Assembly (NCBI RefSeq): GCF_963921235.1
Contig: NC_086097.1
Location: 219,048,001 to 219,112,000 of the forward strand
DNA from: Mobula hypostoma
Taxonomy: Eukaryota
Length of the DNA: 64,000 bases
Reading direction: 5' to 3'
Below are positions 39,009 through 52,753 of this stretch, piece by piece. How positions within the stretch are numbered: the stretch's first letter is position 1; every line of letters begins with the position of its first letter. The position numbers were made by a program, and so were the translations under genes. Under the pieces are notes generated by a model. That model saw only the letters and a list, made by a program, of their open reading frames with translations. It was not told the DNA's origin and did no database searches.

Positions 39009-41366
39009 TGTACTGTATAGCCTACATTATAATAAAGGACTACTTTATGTTTTAGTAACACGTCGTTGCATGCGCTATTAGGTGCATATTATGCATGCGC
39101 TGTTAGGTGTGTATTGATCTGTACGTGTGTGTCGAGTTCGGATTTCTGCCAGAAAAGATCCATGAAACTTCCGGCGGAGTTTGCAAAGCTAGTAACCAGC
39201 AGAAAAAGAACAAAATACAGAGGAACAAGAAACCCCAGAAAGGAAAACACAACAATGTACACAAAATGGAAGAAAGCAGTTCTGATGAAAATGACTCAGA
39301 CAAAAGTGAATAGTCTTGTCTACAACTTCACAGTGTGAAAGAGACAGATGATCGAAGAGTAATAAGGATCACTCCACAAGTGGCAGGCGTGAGACTGAAA
39401 ATGGATTTGGACACAGGCTCAGCTTTAACAGTGATCTCTGTACACGACTACAAACGACTGTTTTCTCACATACCTCAGAAATGAACTAAACTACTGCTAA
39501 AGACTTACACAGCACAGAAAGTGTAAAATTAAAGTGACAGTGACCTACAGAGACAAAACACAGCAGCTGAACCTGTGTGTACTGAAAAATGGAGGACCAC
39601 CATTGTTGGGACGTGAATGGCTCAAGAAAATCCGGTTGGATTGGCACACCATCAAGGCACTAGATGTGTCAACAAAAGAGGGCAGCTCGGTGGGGAAGAT
39701 GTCCGCAGCTCTCCTCTCACCCATTGTCCACTGTTACAACGATGAGGAGGAGCTAGACAGTGTTGACGAGGATGAACGCAGTATCCGTGGCCGTGACTTG
39801 GATGAAGATACGGAGGATGCAAATGAGACAGATATTGCCAATAAGCAGGATGATGAAGACTATCTGGAAGTAAAAGAGCAGATGTACCAGGAGAAATTGA
39901 CTTCTCTCAAAAGGCAGCTACAGCAGTTACAGGAAGGCACTTTGCAGGAGTATCAGAAAAGGATGAAGAAACTAGATCAACAATACAAGGAAAGAATACA
40001 AAATGCAGAGCTTTTCTGCAACTGGAGACAGAACAAGTGGAAAGGAATTATATTAAAGAGAAGAAAGCAGCAGTGAATGAATTTGAAGATAAAAAGATTT
40101 GAGTTAGAAGAAAAGAAAAAGATGATTGAGAATGAGAGGTTAGCAATGGAAATCACAGGAGATTCTACTGAGGTAAAGCCAATAATGACTAGGAAACTGA
40201 GGAGACCTAATGACCCTGCTCCGATTACAGACAAAAGATGAAAACCTACATCTGTGCAGTTAAATTACTTGTTAACAGATGAACAGATAATGGAAGATCT
40301 GCAAACTCTCAATAAGCTTAAATCTCCAAAAAAACCAGCATCTCTGTCTTCTCCTGAGCATCTTCTCAGCACTCCTGCTGAATCACCAGCACAAAGATAT
40401 GAAGCACGAATAGAAGATGGAAAGTTATATTACGAAAAGAGATGGTATCATGAAGGTCAGGCCATCTATTTGGAATCTAAGGAGAATAAGAAGATTAGCT
40501 GTGTAATTAGCTCAGTTGGAACAAATGAGATATGGGTAAGGAAGACAAGTGATAGCACAAAGATGCATATATATCTAGGACAGCTGCACAGAGGAGTCTT
40601 CATTATATGGAGGCGATCTGCTGTCTAGAACTCTTAGCAAGTTGGAGGTGCACATCTTCTTAACTCCCTGTGCGCGGAGGTCAACTGTTCATGACTTTTA
40701 TATGGAAATCTGTATTAAAACAAACAAGTTTATTGACAGACTGAAGAACACACTATTTGAAGATACTTTCCAATGCCATCTCAGTTTTGATGATTGTAAT
40801 ATTTTTAAGAATAACATTCACCTTTACACGGATTTCACTTTGCTTTTGTCATCTTTGCAAGATGCAGGTGACTACTGTCTATGGCTGGAACCTGCCAATT
40901 TGTGGATTGTTTAATTTATTCCAGACAATAGAGTGAAGACCGATTTGCTTCAGTGCCAGACAATCTAGAGAAGACCACCCCCCAGGGACTTGTGCTATAA
41001 ATGGGTTTTAGACCAACAGTAAAAAAAAGCTTATTATAATTTGATATTATTAAGTTGCTAGGTAAACAAAGGGTAGGTGTTTGTATGTTAAGGGTAAACA
41101 TATTTGTTTAGCATAATGCCCCAGTAAAAAAAACAGTTGATACACTATTAAAATAAAAGGGGAGGAGTGTACTGTATAGCCTACATTATAATAAGGGACT
41201 GCTTTATATTTTAGTAACACATTGTTGCATGCGCTATTACGCGCGTATTGATCTGAACATGTGTGTCGAGTTTGGATTTCTGCCAGTAAAGATCCATGAA
41301 ACTTAGCTCCCATCTCCAGCATTTTTATTAATAGCATTGTTGTATAACCAAGCCACATACACAACA
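39009..41366 (+). mobile_element. Gypsy-type LTR element carrying a SUDS3 retrocopy in place of pol
   Basis: 5' LTR 39009-39170 (truncated). 3' LTR 41168-41366 (TG...CA). Polypurine tract AAAAGGGGAGGAG before the 3' LTR. TSD AGCAC at 39004-39008 and 41367-41371. Protease remnants MDLDTGSA (39401) and PLLGREWL. Confidence 0.88.
39699..40628 (+). pseudogene. SUDS3: Processed (intronless) pseudogene of Sin3 HDAC complex subunit SDS3
   Basis: MSAA...[80 protein letters not shown]...RRSAV*. Frameshift ~40015, deletion ~40098, TGA at ~40239. Confidence 0.93.
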
Positions 41367-41499
41367 AGCACACACTTTATTTCAAAGTCAGGGTGATGTG
41401 TGAATTAGAAAAGAATTTGGAGGAGCCAGTTTTCCCTGATATCCTGCTGCTTCTTGTTGGGAGAGGTTGAGAGGACTGAGAAATAAAGTGAAAGTAGCA

Positions 41500-41935
41500 T
41501 ATATGAATATCGTCGCCATTTGCAACCCGGAGATTCATTTACTTGTGGACAATTATATAGGAGAAACACAATAGAATGAAAGAAAGGTCTCACCCAACAG
41601 GTTGGACAATAACCCATGTATATAAAAAAAAACAATGAACTGTGGAAATACAATAGAAAAAAATAAGCAATAAATAACAAAATAATAAATAACAAAAACA
41701 TGAGATGAAGGATCCATAGTTTGTGGGAACAGTTCAGTGATGGGGCAAGTGAAATTGAGTGAGGTTATCCCCTCTGGTTCAATAGCCTGATATTTGTTCC
41801 TCAACCTGGTGCAGTGGGTCTTGAAGCTTCTGTACCTTTTTTCCGATGACAGCAATGAGGAAAGAACATGGCCTGGATGGTGGGAGGTTCTTGATGATGC
41901 TTTCCTGCAGCAGTGCTCCGCATTTTGTAAATGGT
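41500..41935 (-). mobile_element. Rex/L2-type LINE 3' fragment
   Basis: HHPGHVLSSLLSSEKRYRS. Confidence 0.6.
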
Positions 41936-42616
41936 GCAATTTAGTCACTATGCTACTTCTGGGGTAGTGATTGGGACGGTGGATGTGGTATCAATTGTGG
42001 GCTTCTTCGTCAAGGATAATATAAAGCTTCCTAAGTCTAGCTGGTGTTCTGCTCTTCTAGGTTGGCTGATCATGATTCTGTCAATAAAAAGGCTTTCAAT
42101 ATTGAGAGTTTTTGCTCTCAGATCTGTTCTTTGTTGTGCTCCTTGGCGTAATAAATATCCAGACTTTTGCAGTTCACACATATGTTACAGTTGCATGCTC
42201 CATCGGCCTGGTTAGTCGTAGAGGACCATGTTTTAACAAATAGAGAGATTTTTTACTTCTTGATTTCTACAGCAAATTGAGGTTAGCACAATTGTAATAT
42301 CCCACATAAAATATTATATCATAATATCAGTTTGTGAATTAAAGATCAGACATTTTCAGTTAATACAGTATAAAAAAACATCAAATATTGCAGGGATAAA
42401 TTTTGATCTTTCCCACTCAAGCTCATGGGGATAGCATTTGAATTGCATTCTTTTCCACAGTAAGAAACTTTCTAGAAGGAAAAGCAGGCAAAGTAGCTTC
42501 TTTAGGCAGATAAATAAAGAACTAATTGGTAAGAATAATAGTGGTACATTTACTCAGCATGACAGTTTAAGGCTGTTTATATTACCCGCTATTCAATGAA
42601 CCCCTGTTATACTTAC

Positions 42617-42808
42617 TGCAAAAGTACATCTTGATTTACTGCTACCATTCATTTGATCTTCTGCTGTTAAAATTAAGTGGCACCAATAACTTCCCCTTTT
42701 ATAGTGTCTGTAATGTTCAAGAGAAGGTCCCAAGGCTCTTAGAATTGTTAAAGCTCCATCTCTTGAAATACCTGGCTTTATAGGATAATCATGTTGTCCA
42801 AGATGCAT
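42617..42808 (-). CDS. Host gene internal exon, 192 nt (MHLGQHDYPIKPG...KSRCTFA)
   Basis: Acceptor ttcctggctttatAG, donor GTAAGT. 64 open codons, phase 0 to 0. Confidence 0.78.
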
Positions 42809-43405
42809 CTATAAAGCCAGGAATCTGTGACTGCACTGCGTTTTGATTCAACAACAGCCTGGCAAACGTTTTGTTCAGCTTTGGGATGCATACTGTATAC
42901 AAACAGGAAAAAAACACTTTTAATTTCAGAGTGATTTTACTGACTTGTCCTAGAGAATGTGAAACATTGTTTGAAAAGCATAGTTGCCAAAACTGTTAGT
43001 TAAAGGAAGAATGCCCCTAGATAATCCTTGAGACTTTTGACTTTATCTTGGGGTGCAGATATTGCAAAGTAGATAATTGCTCTGATTTTTTGAAAGCATT
43101 TTCCTGTGTTCTGCATTACCCTTGGGGTCAAGTCTGCTAAACTTGGACAGCTGCCTGAACACACTGCCTCCTGTCTCTCCCCACCCAGATGCATTTTTGC
43201 TGTATGAACTAACCTCACGAACCCCACTGAGATGGCCGTCAGACATACAGTATAATTAGAAAAGATAATAATTTTTGTAAGTGATTTAAAACAATAAAAA
43301 GCAAATATTTAAAAACTTTAAAATTATGTAAAGCAGAACAAAACAAATCAAACATTTGTTCCACGTGGTCAGCGACCCATTCAAATGGGTGTCCACTGCA
43401 TTGAA

Positions 43406-46400
43406 GGAAAAGGAAAGATGCCAAGAGTCAGGAAAGGTAGAGATGGCTTGCCCCTAAAGCAGAGCAGTTGAGATGATTCAGCAATAAATGACAATTTTAG
43501 TAACAGACTGCAAAAATAACATGTCACAAGAGGCCACAAGAGAGAGAAGAACTTAGCACAACAGGCAACAACAAAGTAACAAGGCTAGGAGCAAATGGTT
43601 CACGTTGGCTGGTTCAATGGGTGAACAAGAACCATGGATGAAAGCTGGGTTTAAATAGGCTGCAGGTGATGAGTTAGAAATGAGTGGCAGTGACTCCTGT
43701 TAGCTGGGTGCTGACTGGGAGGTGCCTGCCTGCAGAAGCCAGACAGGACCCCCTCCTATGGCTAGCACCTGACCGTCCAGGACAATCTGGATGTGTACAG
43801 TGGACGACCTGAACGAGGGATGGGTCCTAGATGAAACTGAATGGCACTCAAGACTTCTCTTCTGGGCCATACCCTTCCCAGTCAGCCAGGTACCACACAC
43901 CCTGTTCACAACAATGTGAATCCATCAGCTAGTGAATCGTGTATGCTGAACCACCTTATGCAATTCTAGGTTCTGGAAGTATAGGCTCAGGTAGGTTGAG
44001 TAGTCCATGGACAACGGGCTTGAGGCGGGACAATTGGAAGGTAAGTGAGATCCTGAGAGATGATGGCAACCAGAGATGCTAAGTGACTGGATTGATATGA
44101 TGGGTGATCTTGAAGGGACCAGTGAACCCGGTCAAGAGCTTATGGGAGTCAGTGTGCAGGGGCAGATCTCGGGTGGAGAGACACAGTTCCCAGGCCATAG
44201 TAGTCTGGCTGGGCACCACTGGTGATTAGCCTGGCAGCGGTAGGTGTGGTTGACAGCTAGGATGGCCCTCTGTGCCCTCTTCCAAGCATTCGGTAGTGCT
44301 GAAACAGCATCCTAGTGGATGGGTCCTCCACCGTTGGTTACTCTGTGGGGAACAATGGGGGTTGGTAGCCATGAAGCACCACAAAGGGTGACATACCTGT
44401 GGCAGAGGAGATGTGTAGAATGTGGGAACAGGTCAGCCCTGAGTAAATACCTCTTCCATATGGAGGGGTTAGAGGCTGTGAAGCTTTGAAGAAACTTCTC
44501 CACTTGCTGATTGGCTCTTTCTGATTGACCATTGGTCTGTGGATGATAGCCAGAGAAAAGACTTGGTGAGGTGGAGCAGAAGCCTCGCCACAAGTGGGAG
44601 AAGAATGGTGGGCCCCTGTCTGACACAAGGTCTTGAGGGAAGCCGTGGAGATAAACTACACGCTGGAGAACCAGGTCTGCCATTTCGGAGGCTGATGGAA
44701 GTTTGAGGAGGGCAATGAAGTGGGCCTCCTTGGTGAACCATCCACCAGTCTCATGATCACCATGGCCCCCTGGGCATCGAGGGAATGGTAAAATCCAGGG
44801 TCTGTCGTGGGCCTGGATGGCTGAAGCGGGGTGAGGAATGGGCCCACTGGAGTGCTTCAGAGCACATGGCTGCTGCCGTGTGCATGTGGTTATCCGGTAT
44901 GTCAGCCAGAGCAGGCAAGTGCTGTAGGGCCTGGTTCTCAAGGTCCCAGACTATCAGGGTGAGGATCTGAGAAGATAGCATGATAGGCTGAGAGTCCATA
45001 TCCTTTTCCACCAGCTTGAACTGTCGTGACAGGGCATCTGTGTTAGTGTTCTTGGAACTGGGTCAATAGGAGCTAAAAAGTTGAATTGCTGAAAGAGGAT
45101 CACCTAGCAAGCCCAATGTGGTTTGACTTGGTGGGTTTGTTGATTGGATACGAGGTTCTGGTGGTCAGTCCAGATCAGGAAGGGTCTCTATTCCTCCCAA
45201 GGCCCATTTAATGGCAAGTAGCTCCCTATCTCCTGCTCCATAATGCTGCTGTGTAGAATTGAACTTGCATGAAAAGAAGGCACAAGGTAGTGTCTTCATC
45301 TCTGGTCATTGCTGGCACCCATGTCAGATGTGTCCACCTCAACTGCAAAAGGTCTGGAAGGATTCAGATGGCAGAGAATGGGAGTGATGGTGAACTATCC
45401 CCTGAGCTTCTTGAAAGCGTGGTCTGTGGCAGCAAACCAGGTTATCTGTGAGAAAGCTGATTTGGTGAAGGATGCAACAGAAGCAGCAATTGGACTGTAG
45501 TTTCAGATGAAATAGCGGTAGAAGTTGGAGAAACCCAAGAAACAGTACAGCAGTTTGGTTATGCCTTAGGATGAGAAGATGTAACCCAGGAAACAAATGA
45601 CTGGGATGGTATTTTTCTAACTTGCAATACAGTTGGCTGTCGAGGAGACGCTAAAGCACTGAACAGAAGTGACAGACGTGGTCTTGAAGTTCCTTGGAGA
45701 AAATGAGAAAAAGAAGGTAGTCAAACACATATCTGTGTAGCATGTCTCAGAGGATCTTGTTAAAATGCCTTGGAATCAGCTGGACTGTTGGAAAATCCAA
45801 AAAGTATCATGAAGTATTTGTAGTGGTCAATGGGTGTTATGAAGGCTCTTTTCCGCTCATCCCCCTGGTGGATGTGAATCAGGGGTTGTATGCACTCTGT
45901 AGAACAAATTTGGTGAAGGTCTGAGTCCCACAGAGTGTTTTGAATGTGCGATCCATCAATGGGAGAGGGTAGCTGTTCTTAATGGTGATGTTGTTGATTC
46001 CATGGTAGTCGATGCAGGGTCAGTGACTCCAATCCTTCTTTTTAACAAAGAAGAATCCTACACCGGCTGGGGATTGGGATGGTTGAATGAAATCATGCTG
46101 TAGCACTTCGGCAGAGTAGACATTCACGGCTAGGGTCTCGGGGGAAAGGGAGAACACACGACATTGTGGAGAGATGGTGATCGGGAGGAGGTTGATCGTG
46201 CAGTTGTGTGGTCTGTGAGGCGGCAGGGTGATGACTTCCCTTTTAGTCAGGGTGACTGCTAAGCTGTGGCACTCCTGTGAAGTCATGGGTTTCCTCCGAC
46301 TCCACAGATTTATGGGATGAAATCAACTGAGGCTGCAAGTAGGTGGTCTCGCAGGTGGGCCCCCAACTCAGCGGTGAAACAGATGACCAGGCAAAGTGAG

Positions 46401-46480
46401 GGTCATGAATGGAGAGCCAGGGGTAACCCAAGGTGGTAAGCAGGCAGGGCTCAGAGGAATATGGGCCAAATGCAGGAAAT
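43406..46480 (-). mobile_element. Decayed chromodomain-bearing Ty3/Gypsy (chromovirus), 3' LTR at 43406-43745
   Basis: Protease end [23 protein letters not shown] and GFFFVKKKD, RNase [10 protein letters not shown], integrase SDRGP and SGYHPQTNGQSERANQ, chromodomain YLADWEGYGPEE. PPT at 43746-43757. Confidence 0.85.
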
Positions 46481-48164
46481 TAGAACTAGCTGGATTGACA
46501 CCATGGGTCAGGATGGGCGGTTTGGGCTGAAGGGTCAGTATCAGTGATTTAATGCTCTGTGACTCTTTGTGATGAGGTATTATTGCTCCATTCATTTAAC
46601 AGCAATCGAATAAGGTAATATACTAGTAAATAAAGATATATTTACAAATAAAATTAACTTGCTCCTAGAGTTGTAGGAGTTTAACTCATACCGTGTCTTT
46701 GCTAGGGTAATCTAAATTATACAGTTCAATTGTGGGCCTAAGTGTTTGACAAAAAAAAGCTTCTGTTAATTCATATTGTAATATATTTGAAACTATAGGA
46801 TTTATTATGTTGCACAATTTTGATAGAAATGTGAACCCCCTTATTATATGAAGATGAATGAATTCCGTTCTCTAATTGTCCAGCTCATTTCCAGTGATGA
46901 TCATATGGGAATTCACCAGGTACTGAGAACCTGGCCCATTCTTTCATTTGAAATCTATTTAAGAGGCATGAGCCAGGAAGTTTTCTGGATGGTGAGACAT
47001 AACCACTATTCTCAAGGTTCAATCATATCTGTCAACTGGACGAACAGCCTTTTAAATCACAAGCTGTACTGGAAGGAGTGCTGTGAAAATATTGTTTTCT
47101 ATGAATGGCAAATGATGTTTGAAAATGATGTCAGAAAAATATCACCTGCCTTCAATCAATGAGCAGAGCATGGTGGATATCTGCACTCTGTGCCGTACAA
47201 CATGTCAAATGTCAGGTGTGTGCCAGTGCATTTTCATGTCATATTTCCCAAACTAAATAAATCTTGCAGAATGATGGCATTTTTACAGTTTACTCTCCAA
47301 AGTATTGAAATTCAATCAAGAAAAGTTAGAAAGCATAGCAATCCTGTCTCTAGATAATAAAATTCATAAGGAGGTCGTCTGGGTGGGAGGATGCTTTCTC
47401 TGCCTGGGAAGTCTAATTCCAGGAATCAAAGTCTCCGAATGAGGGAAGTCTTATAATTCACCATTTAGGACTAAAATGGAGAGAAATTAAAGCATAGAGC
47501 ATGAAATAGTACAGCACAGGAACAGGCCTTTTCATCCATCTTGTCTCTGCTGACAATGATGCCCATCTGCCTGAACATGGTCTATGTTCCTTCACCCTTG
47601 ATCGTGTGTCTGTCCTACCTTACGGGTTACTGTCATATTTGCTTCCACTTCTGGCGGCACAGTTCAGGCACCGACTACTTACAATGTAAAAGAAAAACTT
47701 GATTTCGTAAACATTAGCGTCCTTGCCTTGTAAAATTATTTTCCTTGGAGCTTTGTAAATCTTTGGATGATCAGTTGCTAAGTTCAAAAAAACAGACAGT
47801 TTGATATTTAAGGTGGATGAAGAGTAAATTGTGGAATATGGCAATGTAATGGAAAGTGGTATTGAAATCAATAATTACTTGTGATATTGAATAGGAGAGC
47901 AAGCCTAAAAGGTTGATTAATCTATTCCTGGTCCTGTATCTCACATTACTGTTACTCGAGCCTAAAATTAATTACTTTTAGTTAACTGAGTCTTCAGTCT
48001 ACTGGTCATAGTTCATATGCAGCCTAGAAACAGCCCAGTTAGTCTAAATTGATCATCAAACACACATTTATATACTAATCTGACATAATCTCATTGTATT
48101 CTCTGCACATTCTCGTCGATTTTTTTCCTGATTCGATCACTCATCTACACCAATATTTCAACAT

Positions 48165-48325
48165 ACAGTGGTCATTTAACCTACCTAGTTCCATGTCTTT
48201 GGGATGTTGAAGGAAACTAGAGCACTGTGGGAAGTCCACATGATCACAGGGTGAATGTGTAAACTGCACACGGGCGGCATTGGTGGTCAGGAATGAACCC
48301 AGCTCACTGAAGTTTTAAGGCAGCA
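48165..48325 (-). mobile_element. Degenerate V-SINE-like element
   Basis: GTCTTTGGGATGTTGAAGGAAAC is the inverse V-domain. Confidence 0.55.
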
Positions 48326-48527
48326 TTGTCTCCTTACCCACCTCAGAACTCATAGAACTAAACTGGAAGCAAGCCATCCTTGATCTCAGGGATTTGCAAA
48401 GAAGAAGAGCCTAATTCGACACTGCAGAGACAGGTGGATTTGCAGACACCTCGCTGGTTTACCGCATGTCTTAGAAAACACTGAAAGAAATCCAAAGGCA
48501 TAAGAAATTACAAGATGTAGGAACCTG

Positions 48528-49150
48528 GAGCAACACACAGTTTGCTGGAGGAACTTAGCAAATTGAGCAGCATCTATGTGGGGAAGGGAATTGCCAATGT
48601 TTTGGGTTATGACTCTGCAGTGGAGAGGGAAAATATTCAGTATAAAGAGGGGAGGTACGTTGGGGGGGGGGGGAGATAAGGGACAGTGGGTGATTGTGGA
48701 CCAAGGAGGGGTGGATTATGATGGGAAGATGGAGCTTGGTGGGAACAGGAAGTGAGGAATTGGGAGGGAGAGAAAATGGATGATAGATGGAAGAAGGCAA
48801 AGGAGAAACAAATAGCAATTGCAGCCAGGTGGGGGGAGTGATGTGAAGGTAGTGTTAACTTCAGGGCTGATAATCAGAAACACAAAGGCTTCCCTTACTG
48901 GGACCTGATAAGTAAGGAAGGTGATAACGGAAACTATTAAGAGAGAGGTTAAGGACAGATGGAGTCATATGGGGGCAGGGGATCCAGAGGGTGAAATGTG
49001 TGAGTGAGAGGTGGATGGAGCAGGAGGGGAAGAGGGACAAAAATGAGTGATGGGAGCTGGAGGGGTGTTATGAGAAAGGGAACAAAAATGGGAGGACCAG
49101 AGGTGGATTGGAAGGGTTGGGAAACCATAGGAGGTAATGGTCACCTGTAA
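48528..49150 (-). mobile_element. Old Penelope 3' repeat remnant with purine-rich tract
   Basis: GCTGGAGGAACT...GCAGCATCTATG followed by GA-rich sequence, same layout as 8870-9280. Confidence 0.5.
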
Positions 49151-49962
49151 AAGGAAAAGATGTTGATGGATTCTGATAATAAGCAGAGCACTGTAACACT
49201 ACAAAATCAAAATGGTACAGGAGCAGGTACCAAATAAAATGCATTATGAACGCAGATTGATAAATTATTCATTGTAGCGAGAAAGGTTTTGTAAACTGAA
49301 GAAGCATACTGGAAGCATCAACGCCTTTCATAAAGTGAATATTAATAAATCAGGAAATTACTGCATACAATGACCTTGAGGAGTTCAGGACTAAAAGACA
49401 AGTTACAAGATGATGTTGGTGATATACAGGGATGTTTAGCGGGCAGTTCACAAAACTACTAGATACTCTACTAGATATAATTCTTTTGAACGATGATTAC
49501 TGCAATCCACAATATACTATTGAATCATCTAAACGAACTAGACAATCTCATGAAGGATTTGTCGAGTTTGACTCTTGGGAATGCAGGTATGGCCATCGCC
49601 AGGATCAAACGCAGAAAACAGACCTGTGCTCAGTTCCATTGCTCCGTGCCAATTAAAGCGATGAGCCAGGTTAAACTGTCAAGGCCCAAAAGTGGAAAAT
49701 GAACCGGCGTGCAGCGACGTTTGCCTGCGTTTGACCTGTCTCCCTCTCTTCTTGTTACTACCATCGTGCAGGGGTCTTGCATCCTCCAGTACCAGCTTCA
49801 AGAGCAGCCGTTTCCCTGGACCGGCCTCACTTGCTTCAGCATTGAACTGACTTCTCAGCTGTGGACTCAGTTTTGGGATCGCTGTAGCTCATGTTCTATG
49901 TATTATTTACCTTCCTTTACAATTTGTACAATTTATGTATTAAGTTTATTATGCATTACTGT

Positions 49963-50245
49963 ATGGGTGCCATGATAATATAGCAGTTAGCATGACGCTA
50001 TTACAGCTCGGCATTAGATTTCAGGGTTCAGTCCCAGCATCCTCTGTAAGGAGTTAGTACATCCTCTCCTTGAAAGGCACGGTTTTCTCCAGGTGCTCCA
50101 GTTTCCTCCCACCATCCAAAGTTAGTAGGTCAATTGGTCATTGTAAATTGTCCCATGATTAGGTTAGGGTTTAATTGGGGGGTTGTTGGACAGCACGGCT
50201 CAAAGGGCTGGAAGAGCCTAGTCCGTGCTGTATCTCTGAGTAAAT
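49963..50245 (+). mobile_element. V-SINE-like element
   Basis: Same family as 4646-4945. Confidence 0.65.
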
Positions 50246-52039
50246 AAATTTGTCCTCTTTTACACATTGGATGTTCGTTGGCCTTGGTTGCGTATTATTT
50301 CTATGAATTCTATCGTGTTTCTTTGTTTTCTGGCTGCCTGCAAGAAGTTGATTCTCAGGATAGTAAATGGTATACATAAATTTGAACGCTGCACTTTGAA
50401 AGCTTGAAGATACGAATGTTAGCATGCATGTCAACAGTCTGGGCTGGCTGAGAGAAATGTGTCAACAAATGCACTGGCGTGGTTTAGGGCTGGGATCACA
50501 GATGTCATTTTAAGAGAGCACAGTAGATTTGGGCACTGCTTGAAACCCAGGATGATGCTTCACTAATCTCAGTAGTTTTTATTTATATGCGCAGGTTGCC
50601 AGAGTACTGTATTGCCCTCCAGATTTCATTAATGATGAGGCTCAAGCTGCTGCAACAGTCGGATATCAAGTGCCTGTGTGCACCAGTGGAACCGTAGATA
50701 TGAAGCACTTGTCTTGCCCAATGTGGTTGCTGCATTCTGTTTGGGCCCCTAGCTGGACCTTGGAATTGTCCACCAAGTATCTCAGTTTCCCAAAGGACTG
50801 GTCCCAGGTGTGGAGAATGTCAGGATCACCAGGAAGTGGAAACAAGAGGTTAAATGTTGGAATCAGCATCTCGGAGGAGCAAGTAAACAACACCACGGGG
50901 TAACTTATCCTCTCCGACCGAAGTGAGAATACCAACAGGGCCCCAGAGGAGTGACATCACAAGAATTCATTCTCTTCGACATAATGACCAACCTCTGGTA
51001 CCAACTGAGAGTCCTCTTTAAATAATCACAGAATGCTGGAAGCATGTGACCACCTCAATGAACTTGACAAGATTAACTGAAAACTCAAGGGCTTAACCAC
51101 TTCAGTCAAGGCCTTGATTAGTAAATTCAGATGCTTATTAACCCAAGAAGTTCAATGTTCTCTGGTAAGCTGCTGGGTTCATAACGACAAGCTCTGTGCC
51201 GAGATGTTTGCAACTTGATGCTGGATGATTCCATGGATTACAAACAGATTTTCTAGCAAGCCTACCAATGAACCAACTTTTTGTAAACATACCAATTGTC
51301 CTTCTGTGACAGCGATGAAACATGCTGCATTTCCCAGCTCTGAAGAAAGGTCATTGACCCATTTCTTCCTCTACAGACAGTGACCAGCCTGCTGAGGTTT
51401 TCAGCTGTTTATGATTTTTAGCGTCTATAATTCTTTGCTTTTCCAAGCCGGTACAGTGTGTTGTACTGGATGTGTATAATCAGGCATCGCAGTCTCTTCA
51501 TTGTCTGCTGCCAATCAATGTGATAGTTATTAATCCTTTGAAAAGGCAAAAACACAAGGTCATGGTAAGTGAGAAATGGGGGAAAATAAGTTGTAAGAGG
51601 TTGCGTAGTGATAGTAGGAGATGGTGGTAGACTTCATGGGCCAAATGGACTAGTTATGCTCCTACATCTTATGGTCTTATTTTTACATGGTCACTGCAGT
51701 GTAACAGAGTACAAACCTCACAATTACTGACCCCACCTTATTCTAGCTCAATGCACTGTGTAATGATTTGATCTGTATAAACAGTATGCGAGACAAACTT
51801 TTCACTGTATCTTGGTACATCTGACAATAATAAACCAATCCAATCAAATCTAATCCACTCATTAGAAGCACTGTTTCCTGCCAAGGGATGAAGTAATATA
51901 GCCAAGTCTAAGGACAACTTGTAGCTTTATTAATGTGGATGTGTAAGTTTCTGAGTGGGAGTCTGTACTTCCTAGCCATACCCTTTCACGACAGTGGCAG
52001 AATTACTAGGAATTGTTGATGGTTCTGCACTAGGCAGGC

Positions 52040-52445
52040 GGAACAGTACATTACAGGCCCTACAGCTCACAATGTGGTGCTGACCTTTTAACCTACTCCA
52101 AGATCAATTTAGCTCTCCTTCCCACATAGCCTTCTACTTTTCTTTCATCTATGTGCCTACCTAAGAGTTTCTGAAATGTTCCTGATATACGTGCCTATAT
52201 CTCCATCCCTGACAGTGTGTTCCATGCACTTACCACTTTGTGTAAAAGTAAATAAGTAAATCTCCCTCTGGTACCTCTGCTCTTCATTGCTCTAATCACC
52301 TTAAGATTATGCCCTCTCGTTGCCACTTTGGGTAGTAAAGTGGCTGTCCGCTGTCTATGCCTCTTATCATCTTTTCTTTGCTCCAAAGAGCAAAGCCCTA
52401 GCTCATTCAACATTTCCTCGTAAGATATGCTCTCCAATCCAGACA
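52040..52445 (-). mobile_element. Degenerate CR1 3' fragment
   Basis: ISYEEMLNELGLCSLEQR...VVSAWNTL. Confidence 0.65.
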
Positions 52446-52753
52446 GATGAATGTCACTCTTAGGAAATTATAGTGCAGTGGTCTTCAAACAGTATAGAAC
52501 ATAGAACAGTACAGCAATGGAAAGAAGGTGTGAAGACAGAAACATAATATATTGATTCCACTGAAATAAACATGCCTCAGTTTTCTCCCATTCTTCAGAA
52601 ACCTTATAAAACTGGGACTTTTACTTAAACTTTTCAGTGTGATAATTAATATTTCATAACAATAATCTTTTTTATTTTTGTCTGTTTCTCTTATTTCACA
52701 AAAAATCTTAACTCCTTTGTGATTTTTCTGTAAGAAGAAAGAAACATCATTAC

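Noticed and set aside
39699..40628. Functional SUDS3 gene
   Set aside because: Intronless, with a frameshift, an internal deletion and a premature stop.
50590..51310. Coding-looking stretch with short ORFs on both strands
   Set aside because: No recognisable motif or splice pattern. Probably a decayed LINE, unresolved.
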